A stretch of 64,000 nt of DNA from Nemertoderma westbladi. Lineage: Eukaryota; Animalia; Xenacoelomorpha. The stretch spans positions 1 through 64,000 of the forward strand of contig JAUCBJ010007209.1 of the NCBI GenBank assembly GCA_032718475.1, given 5' to 3'. The translations under genes were made by a program, and so were the position numbers. Positions 49,195-63,600 of this stretch are shown here, one piece after another. The notes under the pieces are model-generated. The model saw only the letters and a list, made by a program, of their open reading frames with translations. It had not been told where the DNA came from and did not search any database. Position 1 is the first letter of the stretch. Every line of letters begins with the position of its first letter.

Positions 49195-50326
49195 CATTGT
49201 TGATGCCATCAATGATGCCGACGACAGCAGGCAATCATCCCAGGGATGGAAATCGATCAACTTGCTTACTGGGCGGAAAAGCCAACCAACCACCAAGGTT
49301 AAGGCTGAATCACCAGCCGATCGCCTCAATGGTTGGAAGGCCCACTTTGAAAAGCTCCTCAATAATGACACGGTATTGCCTGATAACTTTATAGAAGTAA
49401 AAGTGTCTGAGTCTGTACTCCCAGATATTCCCATTGGCGATAGTCCTACTGGCTCCAGAAGTCGAGGAAATCCTGCCAAGTATCTAACTGATCTAGACTT
49501 TGCTGATGACTTAGGAGTACTCTCAGAATCACTAGAGGGAGCCCAACGGCTCCTCAGCTCATTAGAACATGCTGCTTCTAGTGTTGGTCTTTTTATTAAC
49601 TCCAAAAAAGACCAAAATTGTGACAGTTGACTTAGAAAGTCCTCAGCAAGTCTCTGACCGGATGAGCAAAAGCTCAAAGGATGGTATGCTTGAGCATGTG
49701 GACGACTTCTGTTACCTGGGATCATGGATCCGGAAGTCAGGTGAGGACCTTCGAATACGTAAGAGAAAGGCATGGGCGGCCTTGAATAGGCTTTCCAGGA
49801 TTTGGAAGTCACCGAGAATTAATCGGAAACTTAAGGTCCGATTATTTAGAGCAGCAGTAGTTCCAGTACTTCTCTACGGGAGTCCATGCTGGGCTCTAAT
49901 TGCTGAGGACACCAAATCTCTGGATGGCGCATTCACAAGAATGCTACGCCGGGTTCACTGTGTCAAGTACAATGCACACATCTCCAACCAGACACTACAT
50001 AACATTGGAGGTGTCTCATTGGTTCCCCCAAGCTTGACACTAGAACAAAATCGCCTCCGCTTTGCAGGACATTGCTTTCGCCGTGAGGACCAGCCAGTGC
50101 ACAATCTTGTACTTTGGCAGCCTCATGGAGTGAATAAGCATGGTGGACAGCCCATGACTTTCTTGAGACGCATCTTAAAGGACACTGGCCTTAAAGATGC
50201 GGATGATCTAGCAAATGTCATGGGTGATAGGGAGTTGTGGCGGTGCAATTTTGTCGACAAGCCGGCACAGCATTCTTAGTAGTAGTACTACAACTACCTA
50301 CTACTACTACTACTGCTACTCCTACC
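49195..50326 (+). mobile_element. RTE-type non-LTR retrotransposon fragment, 5'-truncated, internally deleted and frameshifted, with a (TAG/TAC)n tail
   Basis: Motifs WKAHFEKLL, YLTDLDFADDL, VDDFCYLGSWI, KLKVRLFRAAVVPVLLYGS and RLRFAGHCFRR. A microsatellite tail follows the stop. Confidence 0.85.
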
Positions 50327-51730
50327 TTAATATGCTCTGGCTAAACCAATGGATAGGCCTATATTTCATTATTTAAACGAATTAAAAGGTACCTTTTTTT
50401 GGTAAAAACGAACCGCCCTTTTAAAATCCTGGCCACGGGCCTGTAAACTAGTGCTGTAAAAACAAATATCTAGATTCTAGATCTAGATTTCCCGACCCCG
50501 TATGCAAGCACTTACGAACTCAGCCGTAGCCACCTAAGGTTTATTGCATTGCAGTATCGGAGTATGCCATTATAACTTGTAGCTTCGAGCTAGTTGCTAT
50601 TGGCTCGTCGCCAATAGCTACTTGCTGCGAAACCAGTAGCTACTGGCCGCGAAGCTACTGCTATTTACGCGAGGAAAATAGCCCTCAACCAATTCTGAGC
50701 CGTGGCTGCATATTTCCTTTTCATAACCTGTGTGCGATACAATAATTTAATCAATAATATTCAGTTTTTAATTATTACTAGCCATAGCTAACTATATATG
50801 TTAATTTATTAACTATTAATTTTAGTAATAATACCAACATACATGTAACACCGAGGGTGCAAAGTAGAGAGAGATACGCCCTGCCTGACTAGACTAGTCC
50901 CTTTATAGCATTCAGGCCAAAACGAGACTTTTTTTGAAAATGTTCTACAACTTCATCTATTTATTTTCTACAAATATTTTGTTCTAGAACATTTATACTG
51001 TGTTGTAGAACAGCGTGTGTGGGTTCTTCAGAATCTGGTTATATTTTGTTCTAGAACAAACGAGTGTGGGGTCTGAAACTGGTTGGTTAGGTGCTACATC
51101 TACAATAATTAAATATTAAAGAAAGCCGTTGAAAACTTTTCATATAATATGTGATTTGTGGAAATTAACTGAAAGATGCAAAACAAAGATATTAGTAGAC
51201 GAGGAACCATTGCAGATAGCTGTGTGTTTCATGGAAACCTGGATGACAGTGTCTCAAATAGCCGGTAGCTACGAGCCGAGGCCAACAGCTACTAGCCTGC
51301 CGATAGTAGCTATTTTCGCGCACCAACCCTATTTTGTAAAAAAAATTCATTTTAAATTTTTTAATAACTGAAAATACCCATGTTCTTTGTAATTTTTAAT
51401 TAAAAAATGGGGAAATATTATTAAATTAAGTAAAGCGCAGATGTCCTGAAGTAGGTTGTTCTCCTACCGTATAATGTCGCATTGATATAAATTGCAATAC
51501 TTTTGACAATTAATATCAATGACCATCTTTACCTGGTGTTAACCGGTTACCGGATACCTTAATTACAAATTATTGGGGCATCGCTCAGGATGAAGTAACC
51601 AAGCCCACTTTACGAGTACGGGTTCCTCTATATCAACGTTTGCCTAGTAGCCATCTAGCAGAAGACTGGAGAACTGCCCACTGAAAATCCTCCCTCATAA
51701 ATTATGTTATAGGCATTTAACGTACTCAGA

Positions 51731-51983
51731 TAGGGGGGGGAAACTGGACGCAATAAAAATTCATCCCTCTCCAGGGGAAATTCGACGCAAATAACAGCTG
51801 ATTACTCTCAAAAATAAAACTGTAACCTGTTCTATTGTATTTAGTTTATTGTTTTGGTTAAAATAACGTGCCACTGTAACCTGCTCCTTTCCCTAAATTG
51901 AGAATTTAACATTGAGGGGGAATTTTAATTCGCCAAGGCGGGTTTTGCGTCTAGTTCCCCCCCCCCCCCCCCCCCCCCCCCTG
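51731..51983. mobile_element. ~250-bp MITE with G-rich TIRs
   Basis: Ends GGGGAAACTGGACGCAA and TTGCGTCTAGTTCCCC. Homologous to 40666-40894. Confidence 0.65.
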
Positions 51984-52665
51984 TCTCGACGTACTATATG
52001 TGTACCAGTGTAGTGTAATTTCATAAAAATTTGCTGGGACTTGGACTAAATATTATTTCCCGAGTAGTTGTTGAAGCCAATTTTATTGACCAAATTTATA
52101 AATCCGTGACTTTTTTCTAGCAACATTTCATACTACTCAAACAGCCATCACCCAGAGGAAATATTACAGAATGACAATATGATAGTGATATCCAGGAGTT
52201 TTGACTGTCTCTTTCCCTTAATTTAAAATGTTGCCTAGACGATTTTAATTATAACATAATTTATTATGTAAATATTGTATTTATTATTATGTATTTATTT
52301 AAATAACATACTTCGCCGAGATTTGATAGTCCCCCCCCCCCCCCCTGCATCGGCTTGCATTCAGCGGTATAACTGCAGAGTGGAGCTCGGTTTTGACATT
52401 TACCGTATATGGGGGCGCAATCAAAACTTAAATTATCGATATTTTACGAAGATGTTATTTGGCGTGGCATTAGTGACATTTATATCATACCGGTACATTA
52501 ATTATACTCTAAACACACATGCGAATCGCTGATTAACTTACACGTGCTATCTACTGGTAATATACAATTAAATAGTTTGTCATTTATAGTATCAACCGTC
52601 ACCTCGTATGATAATATAATGTTTTATTTAATTAGTCTGTGAATGGCAAACTAGTTGGATAACCG

Positions 52666-54321
52666 TTACTCTTGGCCGTACTTAGTGTATCCGTTTATAT
52701 TAATGCCCTCCTGTTCAGCCATCAACTCATCATCTTGTCGGATGGTTTGCCTGAACTTGTCCCCCAGACTCCCGTTGGCTCTGACTAAAGCGACGATTCC
52801 AAATATAATTATTACTAGCAGAGGTGGGGCTAAGGCCACGAGGCTTACAATGGGGTAATAGCTAGCCATCCATGGGTAAAATAACGACATCAGCGGTATT
52901 AGTATTAGGGATGGTATGAGATAGGTCATCCGAAGGATGTCTGCGTTAGGGTATCGCTCTCCCATTTTACTTACAATCACAGCGATAACAAAGAGGAATA
53001 GTGGGACAACCGTCATTGGGAAGAGTGCTGAATTTAAGGAGTGGTATATTGGGGTTCCGATGTAGCATAAAAACAATTGGCAGGTTGCCGCGATTATCAC
53101 AGTAACTAGAACGGTAGCCTTTATGTGTGAGACACTGGTGTAGCTGTCCTGTACCAGTGTTGTTAATGCAAACATGTTGACGGACATGATGTTGAAGGAA
53201 CTCAACATAGACAACACCAACAGAATTACGCACCAGACAGTTGGGGCTGGCAATATTGATATCCCATTTAGAATTCCGTAGACTCCTTCAGATGTGTGCT
53301 CCATACCAGATCTACCGACTGCATACATGTATGCTCCTTGAATAGAGAAGACCAATATGGCTAGGATTATAGAGAACGCGAATTGTGCTATCGGCATTGT
53401 TATAGCGGTTGCTAGGTGGAAGTATCTGGATCGTTTCGTTGCCAAGCGGCTGGAGATAGCTGGTAGTATCGCGAATCCGACGCCAACGTTGTACAGCGCC
53501 CTTAGCGCTGAGTCCACCCAGAGCCGAGGCTCGCCCAGGAGGTAAAATTCGGGGTAGAACAGATACTGCATACCCCCGTGAACGCCATCCATGGTGCAGC
53601 CTCGTATGGTTAGAGCCACCACGCAAACAATGATAGCCAATGTGGTTACCATAACTACTCGTCCGTAGGCCTTCACGCCCGCTAAGAGGCAGAGACACGC
53701 CGCGAGTACGAGCACCATGGCTGCGATGTCGAGGTTGATGTTGAGTATAATCGGCGATCCTTCCATTGCGTATCTGTAAAACTCGCTAGTTGACGGGGTT
53801 TTGTAATTATAATAGTCGACGTATTGGGGGTAATAGTCGGGGCTCGTTGTGGTTGTTTCGTAGTCCTCGTCAGGGGCGGGGTCACTATCTTCGCAGTTGG
53901 GCGAATTCCACGGGTTGTCGCACCGCTCCCAGACGCGACCCTGAGTCACTAGCGTAAACAGGTAGAATATCGGGAGAGAAGCGCGCCCGATATCGCATAC
54001 GGATATAAGTAAACAGAGGAAGGCCTGACAGACCCCGATCCCCTTAAACAGCGGGGCCGTGTTCCACAGGCCGAGGGCCCCTCGTTGTGACTCCGCCCCT
54101 AAGCTCGTCTCCATGTAGAACAGCGGTATACTCATGAGCAACGTCATGACCAGGTTCATCACGAAGAATATACAACCGCCGCTGTAGAAAGCGTAAAAGC
54201 CCGACATCCACAACGCACTTCCGCTGAACATGAAGGCGGACAAACACGACCAGTAAGATACTGATGACTCCCATCTGTTGTTGTCGGAGGTTTTCCCTTC
54301 CATTTTATCAATATAAGTCAT
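52666..54321 (-). CDS. Divergent SLC6/NSS-family transporter-like protein, intronless, nested antisense in CCT7 intron 2
   Basis: 551-aa open frame with about 12 hydrophobic segments. Motifs IPLFYMETSLG, APLFKGIG, the EL2 pair WERCDNPWNSPNC, GMQYLFYP and LWVDSA. Confidence 0.88.
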   Translation of the reverse strand: MTYIDKMEGKTSDNNRWESSVSYWSCLSAFMFSGSALWMSGFYAFYSGGCIFFVMNLVMTLLMSIPLFYMETSLGAESQRGALGLWNTAPLFKGIGVCQAFLCLLISVCDIGRASLPIFYLFTLVTQGRVWERCDNPWNSPNCEDSDPAPDEDYETTTTSPDYYPQYVDYYNYKTPSTSEFYRYAMEGSPIILNINLDIAAMVLVLAACLCLLAGVKAYGRVVMVTTLAIIVCVVALTIRGCTMDGVHGGMQYLFYPEFYLLGEPRLWVDSALRALYNVGVGFAILPAISSRLATKRSRYFHLATAITMPIAQFAFSIILAILVFSIQGAYMYAVGRSGMEHTSEGVYGILNGISILPAPTVWCVILLVLSMLSSFNIMSVNMFALTTLVQDSYTSVSHIKATVLVTVIIAATCQLFLCYIGTPIYHSLNSALFPMTVVPLFLFVIAVIVSKMGERYPNADILRMTYLIPSLILIPLMSLFYPWMASYYPIVSLVALAPPLLVIIIFGIVALVRANGSLGDKFRQTIRQDDELMAEQEGININGYTKYGQE

Positions 54322-55024
54322 AAACTACTGTAAGTTAAGATATTCGCTCTCGTTTTTCGTGAAACTCCCACTGTTATTTTTTTAAATAATCACTTATTTT
54401 TTACCGATTTCTGTTCTCTATCGAGTAAGGGAAGGAAGGGGCAGGTATGTCGTCACAAAAATTGCGTTTTGTTGTTTTACTCTGGGTTTCTTTACTTTTT
54501 CTACCACAGGATCAGATTTAAGTGGCTGACTGCGTTTCTAATAGGAACAATAAACTAATTTACCTTTTTATTTGTGAACACGTTTCCTTTTGACCTCTTG
54601 TTTCCCTTTTTTACCATATTCCCTTCCCCTTATACTGCTTCTATCGCAGTTTGTGTAATAATATTAATAATAATAATTGCAGTTTGTAATGAGTTTTGTT
54701 TAAATGGAACTACATATTTTAAACCCATTGGAAGTTAATTATATTTATTTCCATTTTGGAATTAAAATGGTTATTAGCCGATATAGTATGTAATAGCCCA
54801 ATAGCCAATAATTACATTCCTTTAGAATATATTAAATTTATTGTCTGACTCATTTATAGTATGTCATTCATTTTCTTAATTTCATATCCAAGATGTCACA
54901 ATAATTACACGTGGCAGTTGCGTTGCGTTTTTAGAATTTGGAAAACATTCGATTCAGCTACTATTTATAATATTTTGGTTCTATTTTTGCACTTTCATAT
55001 TTTCCAATTTATTTTTTTCTTTAG

Positions 55025-55162
55025 GTCGGCGATGGCACAACCACAGTGACGCTATTAGCCTCTGAGATTCTGAAGCAAGTGAAGCAATATGTGGAGGAAG
55101 GAGTTCACCCTCAAATTATATGTCAGGCGTTACGTAGTGCAGCTGGGTTAGCTGTTGCTAAG
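55025..55162 (+). CDS. CCT7: CCT7 exon 3
   Basis: [46 protein letters not shown], including the GDGTT ATP-binding motif. Boundaries tttag and gtaagt. Confidence 0.95.
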
Positions 55163-55985
55163 GTAAGTAAACACTGCGGAGTGCAGCTTGGTTAGCTGTT
55201 GCTATGGTAAGGAAATAGTACGTTTTGCAGCTGGGTTAGCTGTTGCTGTGGTAAGGAAATTGTACGTGGTGCAGCTGGGTTAGCTGTTGCTATGGTAAGG
55301 AAATTGTACGTGGTGCAGCTGGGTTAGCTGTTGCTAAGGTAAGTAAACATTACGTAGTGCAGCTGGGTTAGCTGTTGCTATGGTAAGGAAATTGTACGTG
55401 GTGCAGCTGGGTTAGCTGTTGCTATGGTAAGGAAATTGTACGTGGTGCAGCTGGGTTAGCTGTTGCTAAGGTAAGTAAACATTACGTAGTGCAGCTGGGT
55501 TAGCTGTTGCTATGGTAAGGAAATTGTACGTGGTGAAGCTGGGTTAGCTGTTGCTATGGTAAGGAAATATTTGTTAGTACAACTGGGTTAGCTGTTGCTA
55601 AGCTGATTAAAGTGCATATGGTACCCTGTGTTACCTTTCTTTAAGGTCAGCAATAAGTGTAGCTGGGTAAGTTGTTGCTTTTGTCTGGCTAGTATGTGTT
55701 GCCTCTGGGTTAAACACGGTTGCTGTGTTAAAGATCAAATGCGTTGTGCAGCTGGTTTAGCGTTTCTAAGGTCAGTAAGATGTGTAATAGATGGGTCAGC
55801 TATTGCTAAAGTGAATATCGAGTGCAGCTGAATTAGCGGTTGCTCGAGAAAGTACGTTGTGTAGCCTGGTAAATGGTGGTGCAGGTCTAGGTAATAGGTA
55901 ATTATGCAGTGATGTTTATATATTGCTAAAGTAAGTAAGTATATGGTACGCGGTGCAGCTGGGTTAGCTGTAACTGTTGCTAAAG
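55131..55985 (+). repeat. 44-bp tandem repeat made of the CCT7 exon-3 3' end plus its 5' splice site
   Basis: Unit TACGT(A/G)GTGCAGCTGGGTTAGCTGTTGCTA(A/T)GGTAAG(T/G)AAA.... About 10-11 well-preserved copies start at 55131, 55175, 55219 and so on to ~55602, then decayed copies run to ~55985. Confidence 0.92.
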
Positions 55986-56006
55986 TATCTGCGGGTTTTA
56001 TTTTAG

Positions 56007-56238
56007 GTAAAGGATTTATCCGTAAAGGTTAAACACGAAGACCCTATTGAGCTTCGCAACATGTTGAATGCTTGCGCCAGTACCGCTCTCTCATCCAAGC
56101 TGATCGCCGGCCACAAGGAACAGTTCGCCAATATGGTTGTCGACGCTGTTTTCTCGTTGGACGAACTGTTGCCCCTCAACATGATCGGTATAAAGAAGGT
56201 GCAAGGGGGTGCACTGGAAGATTCCCAGCTGATTGCAG
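56007..56238 (+). CDS. CCT7: CCT7 exon 4; the gene continues beyond the window
   Basis: VKDLSVKV...[26 protein letters not shown]...[19 protein letters not shown], with tttag and gtaagg boundaries. Confidence 0.95.
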
Positions 56239-56541
56239 GTAAGGCTGTTTACTGATATATTTTGTAAATACACTAATATTACAAATATACTAATATACAA
56301 ATACTAATATACTAATATACAAATACTAATATATACAATATACTAATATTACACACTACACTATACAGTATAATACTATACTGTAGGGTAGGTGTGTGAA
56401 AAATATTATTTATCATTTTGTTTTTTTTCTTACATCTGAATAACGAAAAGTAATTTGTACGGTAAAGATAATATTATAAAGTAGATTTTTAATAAATCTA
56501 AGTGAAGTCCCAATGTGGAAACTTTGTATCCCCAGGCAGTT

Positions 56542-56952
56542 CTACTTGTAATTAAAGTGTAATCCCCTCACTCCCGGTGTCTTCTCTACGAGGTACTTCC
56601 CTTTCTCGATGCCGACTACCCTCCCGTCTATCCCTAGCGCTCGCATCTTCTCCATTCCCCCCAGTTTGATCGTGTACGCGTCGTCCTTTTTGTGCATCCC
56701 CTGCCACTTCCTCCCGCTGGTTATGTAAATGTAGACGGAGTATATGATGTGGTAGATAATCTGTATTGTTACTAGCACCAAAACCGAGCCGATATCGTAA
56801 GATTTCATTGTTTCTACGTCGTCTTTGTCCGTAATTGTCTCGAATAAGGAATGCAATAGAATCACGGAGACCATGAAGACCAGTTGGAAGAGCATGTACT
56901 TGTCGAGATGCGTGAGGTAGGGAATGGGGGGTAGTTGTCTGTTCATTACCAT
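56542..56952 (-). CDS. Pentameric ligand-gated ion channel subunit, last exon (M2-M3 loop, M3, M4)
   Basis: LPPIPYLTHLDKY is the pLGIC M2-M3/M3 signature. The acceptor ctcag is phase 0 and joins exon 63626-63859. The M3-M4 loop is very short. Confidence 0.85.
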   Translation of the reverse strand: MVMNRQLPPIPYLTHLDKYMLFQLVFMVSVILLHSLFETITDKDDVETMKSYDIGSVLVLVTIQIIYHIIYSVYIYITSGRKWQGMHKKDDAYTIKLGGMEKMRALGIDGRVVGIEKGKYLVEKTPGVRGLHFNYK

Positions 56953-57687
56953 CTGAGTGATAAAATATAATGTAAATTGTTGATAATATTATTTCAGAAT
57001 ATCTTAAAATGGCTAAGATCAAGGCGTCATTTATTAAAGGACGCCTTGACTCAGACTGTGACAAGTCCTATTCACGAATTAATAAGAAATACCCGAATAT
57101 AAATCAAAATCGTAAATTATATTGTTAGAAAATACAGAAATTAAATTGATCCCTATTTGTGGTACCGAAGTTTAGGAATTTGCTTTACATTTTTTTTGCA
57201 ATATTTAATACATCTTGAGATGAAAATTGTAAATAAATTCTCAATATTGAAAACAAAACTGTGTTTTTTCATATCAGCAGTTATTCCGATTCAATCAAAT
57301 AAACTAAAAACTGTCTGGGATAAATAAAACACTTCAAGTATTAATTAATAAAGCAGTTCTAGCATTGTATTAACTGAGGGTTAATGGAGTTACTATAGTG
57401 TTTATATCATTAATTAATCTTATTTATTGATAACTGTTGTTATGGGTTTATTTTAGGATTATAATTTTTATAATTATAATTATTTTTTGTGTCCCGGTTA
57501 AAACTTTACATAGGGCCTTTCTGCAGTAAAATATTTTCCGCTGGGATATAGGGCTTCAAGTTACCATGCAATAATAATCACTTCCCATTGGTTAAAAAAT
57601 TTAAAACTTCACCAGCGTGTCTTAAAGTGTATAAAAAAGTAAAATACGAAAAATATCGACTTGGGCCTTATGACACTCAAACTACCA

Positions 57688-60600
57688 AGGGGCACAAACA
57701 TTAATTAGGGACACAAACATTAATGAGGTACACAAACATTAATAATTAGGGGCACATTAATGAGGGACACAAACATGAATGAGGGGCACAAACATTAATG
57801 AGGGGCACAAACATTAATGAGGGACACAAACATTAATGTGGGACACAAACATTAATGTGGGACACAAACATTAATAATTAGGGGCACATTAATGAGGGAC
57901 ACAAACATTAATTAGGGGCACAAACATTAATGAGGGACACAAACATTAATGAGGGACACAAACATTAATAAGGGACATAAACATTAATGAGGGACACAAA
58001 CATTAATAAGGTACAGAAACATTAATGAGGGGCACAAACATTAATAATTAGGGGCACATTAATGAGGGACACAAACATTAATGAGGGACACAAACATTAA
58101 TGAGGGGCACAAACATTAATGAGGGACACAAACATTAATGAGGGGCACAAACATTAATGAGGGACACAAACATTAATAATTAGGGGCACATTAATGAGGG
58201 ACACAAACATTAATGAGGGACACAAACATTAATGAGGGGCACAAACATTAATAATTAGGGGCACATTAATGAGGGACACAAACATTAATGAGGGACACAA
58301 ACATTAATGAGGGACACAAACATTAATGAGGGACACAAACATTAATGATGGACACAAACATTAATGAGGGACACAAACATTAATGAGGGACACAAACATT
58401 AATGAGGGGCACAAACATTAATGAGGGACACAAACATTAATGAGGGGCACAAACATTAATGAGGGACACAAACATTAATGAGGGACACAAACATTAATGA
58501 GGGCCACAAACATTAATGAGGGACACAAACATTAATGAGGGACACAAACATTAATGAGGGACACAAACATTAATAAGGGACACAAATATTAATGAGGGAC
58601 ACAAACATTAATGAGGGACACAAACATTAATGAGGGACACACATTAATGAGGGACACAAACATTAATGAGGGACACAAACATTAATGAGGGACACAAACA
58701 TTAATGAGGGACACAAACATTAATGAGGGACACACATTAATGAGGGACACAAACATTAATGAGGGACACAAACATTAATGAGGGACACAAACATTAATGA
58801 GGGACACAAACATTAATAAGGGACACAAACATTAATGAGGGACACAAACATTAATGAGGGACACAAACATTAATGAGGGACACACATTAATGAGGGACAC
58901 AAACATTAATGAGGGACACAAACATTAATGAGGGACACAAACATTAATAAGGGACACAAATATTAATGAGGGACACAAACATTAATGTGGGACACAAACA
59001 TTAATGGGGGACACAAACATTAATGAGGGACACAAACATTAATAAGGGACATAAACATTAATCAGGGGCACATTAATAAGGGACACAAATATTAATGAGG
59101 GACACACATTAATGAGGGACACAAACATTAATAAGGGACATAAACATTAATCAGGGGCACATATATTAATAATTAGGGGCACATTAATAAGGGACACAAA
59201 TATTAATGAGGGACACACATTAATGAGGGACACACATTAATGAGGGACACAAACATTAATGAGGGACACAAACATTAATGAGGGACACAAACATTAATGA
59301 GGGACACAAACATTAATGAGGGACACAAACATTAATGAGGGACACACATTAATGAGGGACACAAACATTAATGAGGGACACAAACATTAATGAGGGACAC
59401 AAACATTAATGAGGGACACAAACATTAATGAGGGACACAAACATTAATAAGGGACATAAACATTAATCAGGGGCACATATATTAATAATTAGGGGCACAT
59501 TAATAAGGGACACAAATATTAATGAGGGACACACATTAATGAGGGACACACATTAATGAGGGACATACATTAATGAGGGACACACACATTAATGAGGGAC
59601 ACAAACATTAATGAGGGACACAAACATTAATGAGGGACACAAACATTAATGAGGGACACAAACATTAATGAGGGACACACATTAATGAGGGACACAAACA
59701 TTAATGAGGGACACAAACATTAATGAGGGACACAAACATTAATAAGGGACACAAACATTAATGAGGGACACAAACATTAATGAGGGACACAAACATTAAT
59801 GAGGGACACAAACATTAATGAGATACACAAACATTAATGAGGGACACAAACATTAATGAGTGACACAAACATTAATGAGTGACACAAACATTAATGAGGG
59901 ACACAAACATTAATGAGGGACACAAACATTAATGAGGGACACAAACATTAATGAGGGACACAAATATTAATGAGGGACACAAACATTAATGAGGGACACA
60001 AACATTAATGAGGGACACAAACATTAATGAGGGACACAAACATTAATGAGATACACAAACATTAATGAGGGACACAAACATTAATGAGGTACACAAGCAT
60101 TAATGAGGGACACAAACATTAATGAGGGACACAAACATTAATGAGGGACACAAACATTAATGAGGGACACAAACATTAATAAGGGACACAAATATTAATG
60201 AGGGACACAAACATTAATGTGGGACACAAACATTTATGGGGGACACAAACATTAATGAGGGACACAAACATTAATAAGGGACATAAACATTAATCACGGG
60301 CACATATATTAATAATTAGGGGCACATTAATAAGGGACACAAATATTAATGAGGGACACAAACATTAATGAGGGGCACAAACATTAATGAGGGACACAAA
60401 CATTAATGAGGGACACAAACATTAATAAGGGACACAAACATTAATGAGGGGCACAAACATTAATGAGGGACACAAACATTAATGAGGGACACAAACATTA
60501 ATGAGGGACACAAACATTAATAAGGGACATAAACATTAATCAGGGGCACATATATTAATAATTAGGGGCACATTAATAAGGGACACAAATATTAATGAGG

Positions 60601-63600
60601 GACACAAACATTAATGAGGGGCACAAACATTAATGAGGGACACAAACATTAATGAGGGACACAAACATTAATAAGGGACACAAACATTAATGAGGGACAC
60701 AAACATTAATGAGGTACACAAACATTAATGAGGGACACAAACATTAATGAGGGACACAAACATTAATGAGGGACACAAACATTAATGAGGGACACAAACA
60801 TTAATAAGGGACACAAATATTAATGAGGGACACAAACATTAATGTGGGACACAAACATTTATGGGGGACACAAACATTAATGAGGGACACAAACATTAAT
60901 AAGGGACATAAACATTAATCAGGGGCACATATATTAATAAAATAGGGGCACATTAATAAGGGACACAAACATTAATGAGGGACACGAACATTAATAAGAG
61001 ACACCAATATTAATGAGGGACACAAACATTAATGTGGGACACAAACATTTATGGGGGACACAAACATTAATGAGGGACACAAACATTTATGGGGGACATA
61101 AACATTAATCAGGGGCACATATATTAATAATTAGGGGCACATTAATAAGGGACACAAATATTAATGAGGGACACAAACATTAATGAGGGGCACAAACATT
61201 AATGAGGGACACAAACATTAATGAGGGACACAAACATTAATAAGGGACACAAATATTAATGAGGGACACAAACATTAATGAGGGGCACAAACATTTATGG
61301 GGGACACAAACATTAATGAGGGACACAAACATTAATAAGGGACATAAACATTAATCAGGGGCACATATATTAATAATTAGGGGCACATTAATAAGGGACA
61401 CAAACATTAATGAGGGACACAAACATTAATGTGGGACACAAACATTAATGTGGGACACAAACATTAATGAGGGACACAAACATTAATGAGGGACAGAAAC
61501 ATTAATGAGGGGCACAAACATTAATTAGGGGCACAAACATTAATAATTAGGGGCACATTAATTAGGGACACAAATATTAATGAGGGACACAAACATTAAT
61601 GAGTGGCACAAATATTCATTACGGACACAAACATTAATGAGGGACACAAACATTAATGTGGGACACAAACATTAATGAGGGACACAAACATTAATGAGGG
61701 ACACAAACATTAATAAGGGACAGAAACATTAATGAGGGGCACAAACATTAATAATTAGGGGCACATTAATGAGGGACACAAACATTAATGAGGGACACAA
61801 ACATTAATGTGGGACACAAACATTAATGAGGGACACAAACATTAATGAGGGACACAAACATTAATGAGGGACACAAACATTAATGAGGGGCACAAACATT
61901 AATGAGGGACACAAACATTAATGAGGGACACAAACATTAATGAGGGACACAAACATTAATGAGGGGCACAAACATTAATGAGGGACACAAACATTAATGA
62001 GGTACACAAACATTAATAATTATGGGCACATTAATGAGGGACACAAATATTAATGAGAGGCACAAACATTAATGAGGGACACAAACATTAATGAGGGACA
62101 CAAACATTAATGAGGGGCACAAATATTAATGAGGGGCACAAACATTAATGAAGGACACAAACATTAATGAGGTACACAAACATTAATGAGGGGCACAAAC
62201 ATTAATGAGGGACACAAATATTAATGAGGGGCACAAACATTAATGAGGGACACAAACATTAATGAGGGACACAAATATTAATGAGGGGCACAAATATTAA
62301 TGAGGGGCACAAACATTAATGAGGGACACAAACATTAATGAGGGACACAAACATTAATGAGGGACACAAACATTAATGAGGGACACAAACATTAATGAGG
62401 GGCACAAACATTAATGAGGGACACACACATTAATGAGGGACACAAACATTAATGAGGGACACAAACATTAATGAGGGACACAAACATTAATTATGGGCAC
62501 ATTATTAATAAGGGACACAAACATTAATGAGGGGCACAAATATTAATGAGGGGCACAAACATTAATGAGGGACACAAACATTAATGAGGGACACAAACAT
62601 TAATGAGGGACACAAACATTAATGAGGGATACAAACATTAATAATTAGGGGCACATTAATGAGGGACACAAATATTAATGAGGGACACAAACATTAATGA
62701 GGGGCACAAATATTAATGAGGGGCACAAACATTAATGAGGGACACAAACATTAATGAGGGACACAAACATTAATGAGGGACACAAACATTAATGAGGGAT
62801 ACAAACATTAATAATTAGGGGCACATTAATGAGGGACACAAATATTAATGAGGGACACAAATATTAATGAGGGGCACAAATATTAATGAGGGGCACAAAC
62901 ATTAATGAGGGACACAAACATTAATGAGGGACACAAACATTAATGAGGGACACAAACATTAATGAGGGATACAAACATTAATAATTAGGGGCACATTAAT
63001 GAGGGACACAAATATTAATGAGGGACACAAACATTAATGAGGGACACAAACATTAATGAGGGACACAAACATTAATGAGGGACACAAATATTAATGAGGG
63101 GCACAAACAATGAGGGACACAAACATTAATGAGGTACACAAACATTAATGAGGGACATAAACATTAATGAGGGACACAAACATTAACGAGGGATACAAAA
63201 CATTAATAAGGGACATAAACATTAATGAGGGGCACAAACATTAATAATTAGGGGCACATTAATGAGGGACACAAACATTAATGAGGGACACAAACATTAA
63301 TGAGGGACACAAACATTAATGAGGGACACAAACATTAATGAGGGACACAAACATTAATGAGGGACACAAACATTAATGAGGGACACAAACATTAATGGGG
63401 GACACAAACTTTAATGAGGGACACAAACATTAATGAGGGACACAAACATTAATGAGGGACACAAACATTAATGAGGGGCACAAACATTAATAATTAGGGG
63501 CACATTAATGAGGGACACAAACATTAAAGAGGGACACAAACATTAATGGGGGACACAAACTTTAATGAGGGACACAAACATTAATAAGGGACACAAACAT

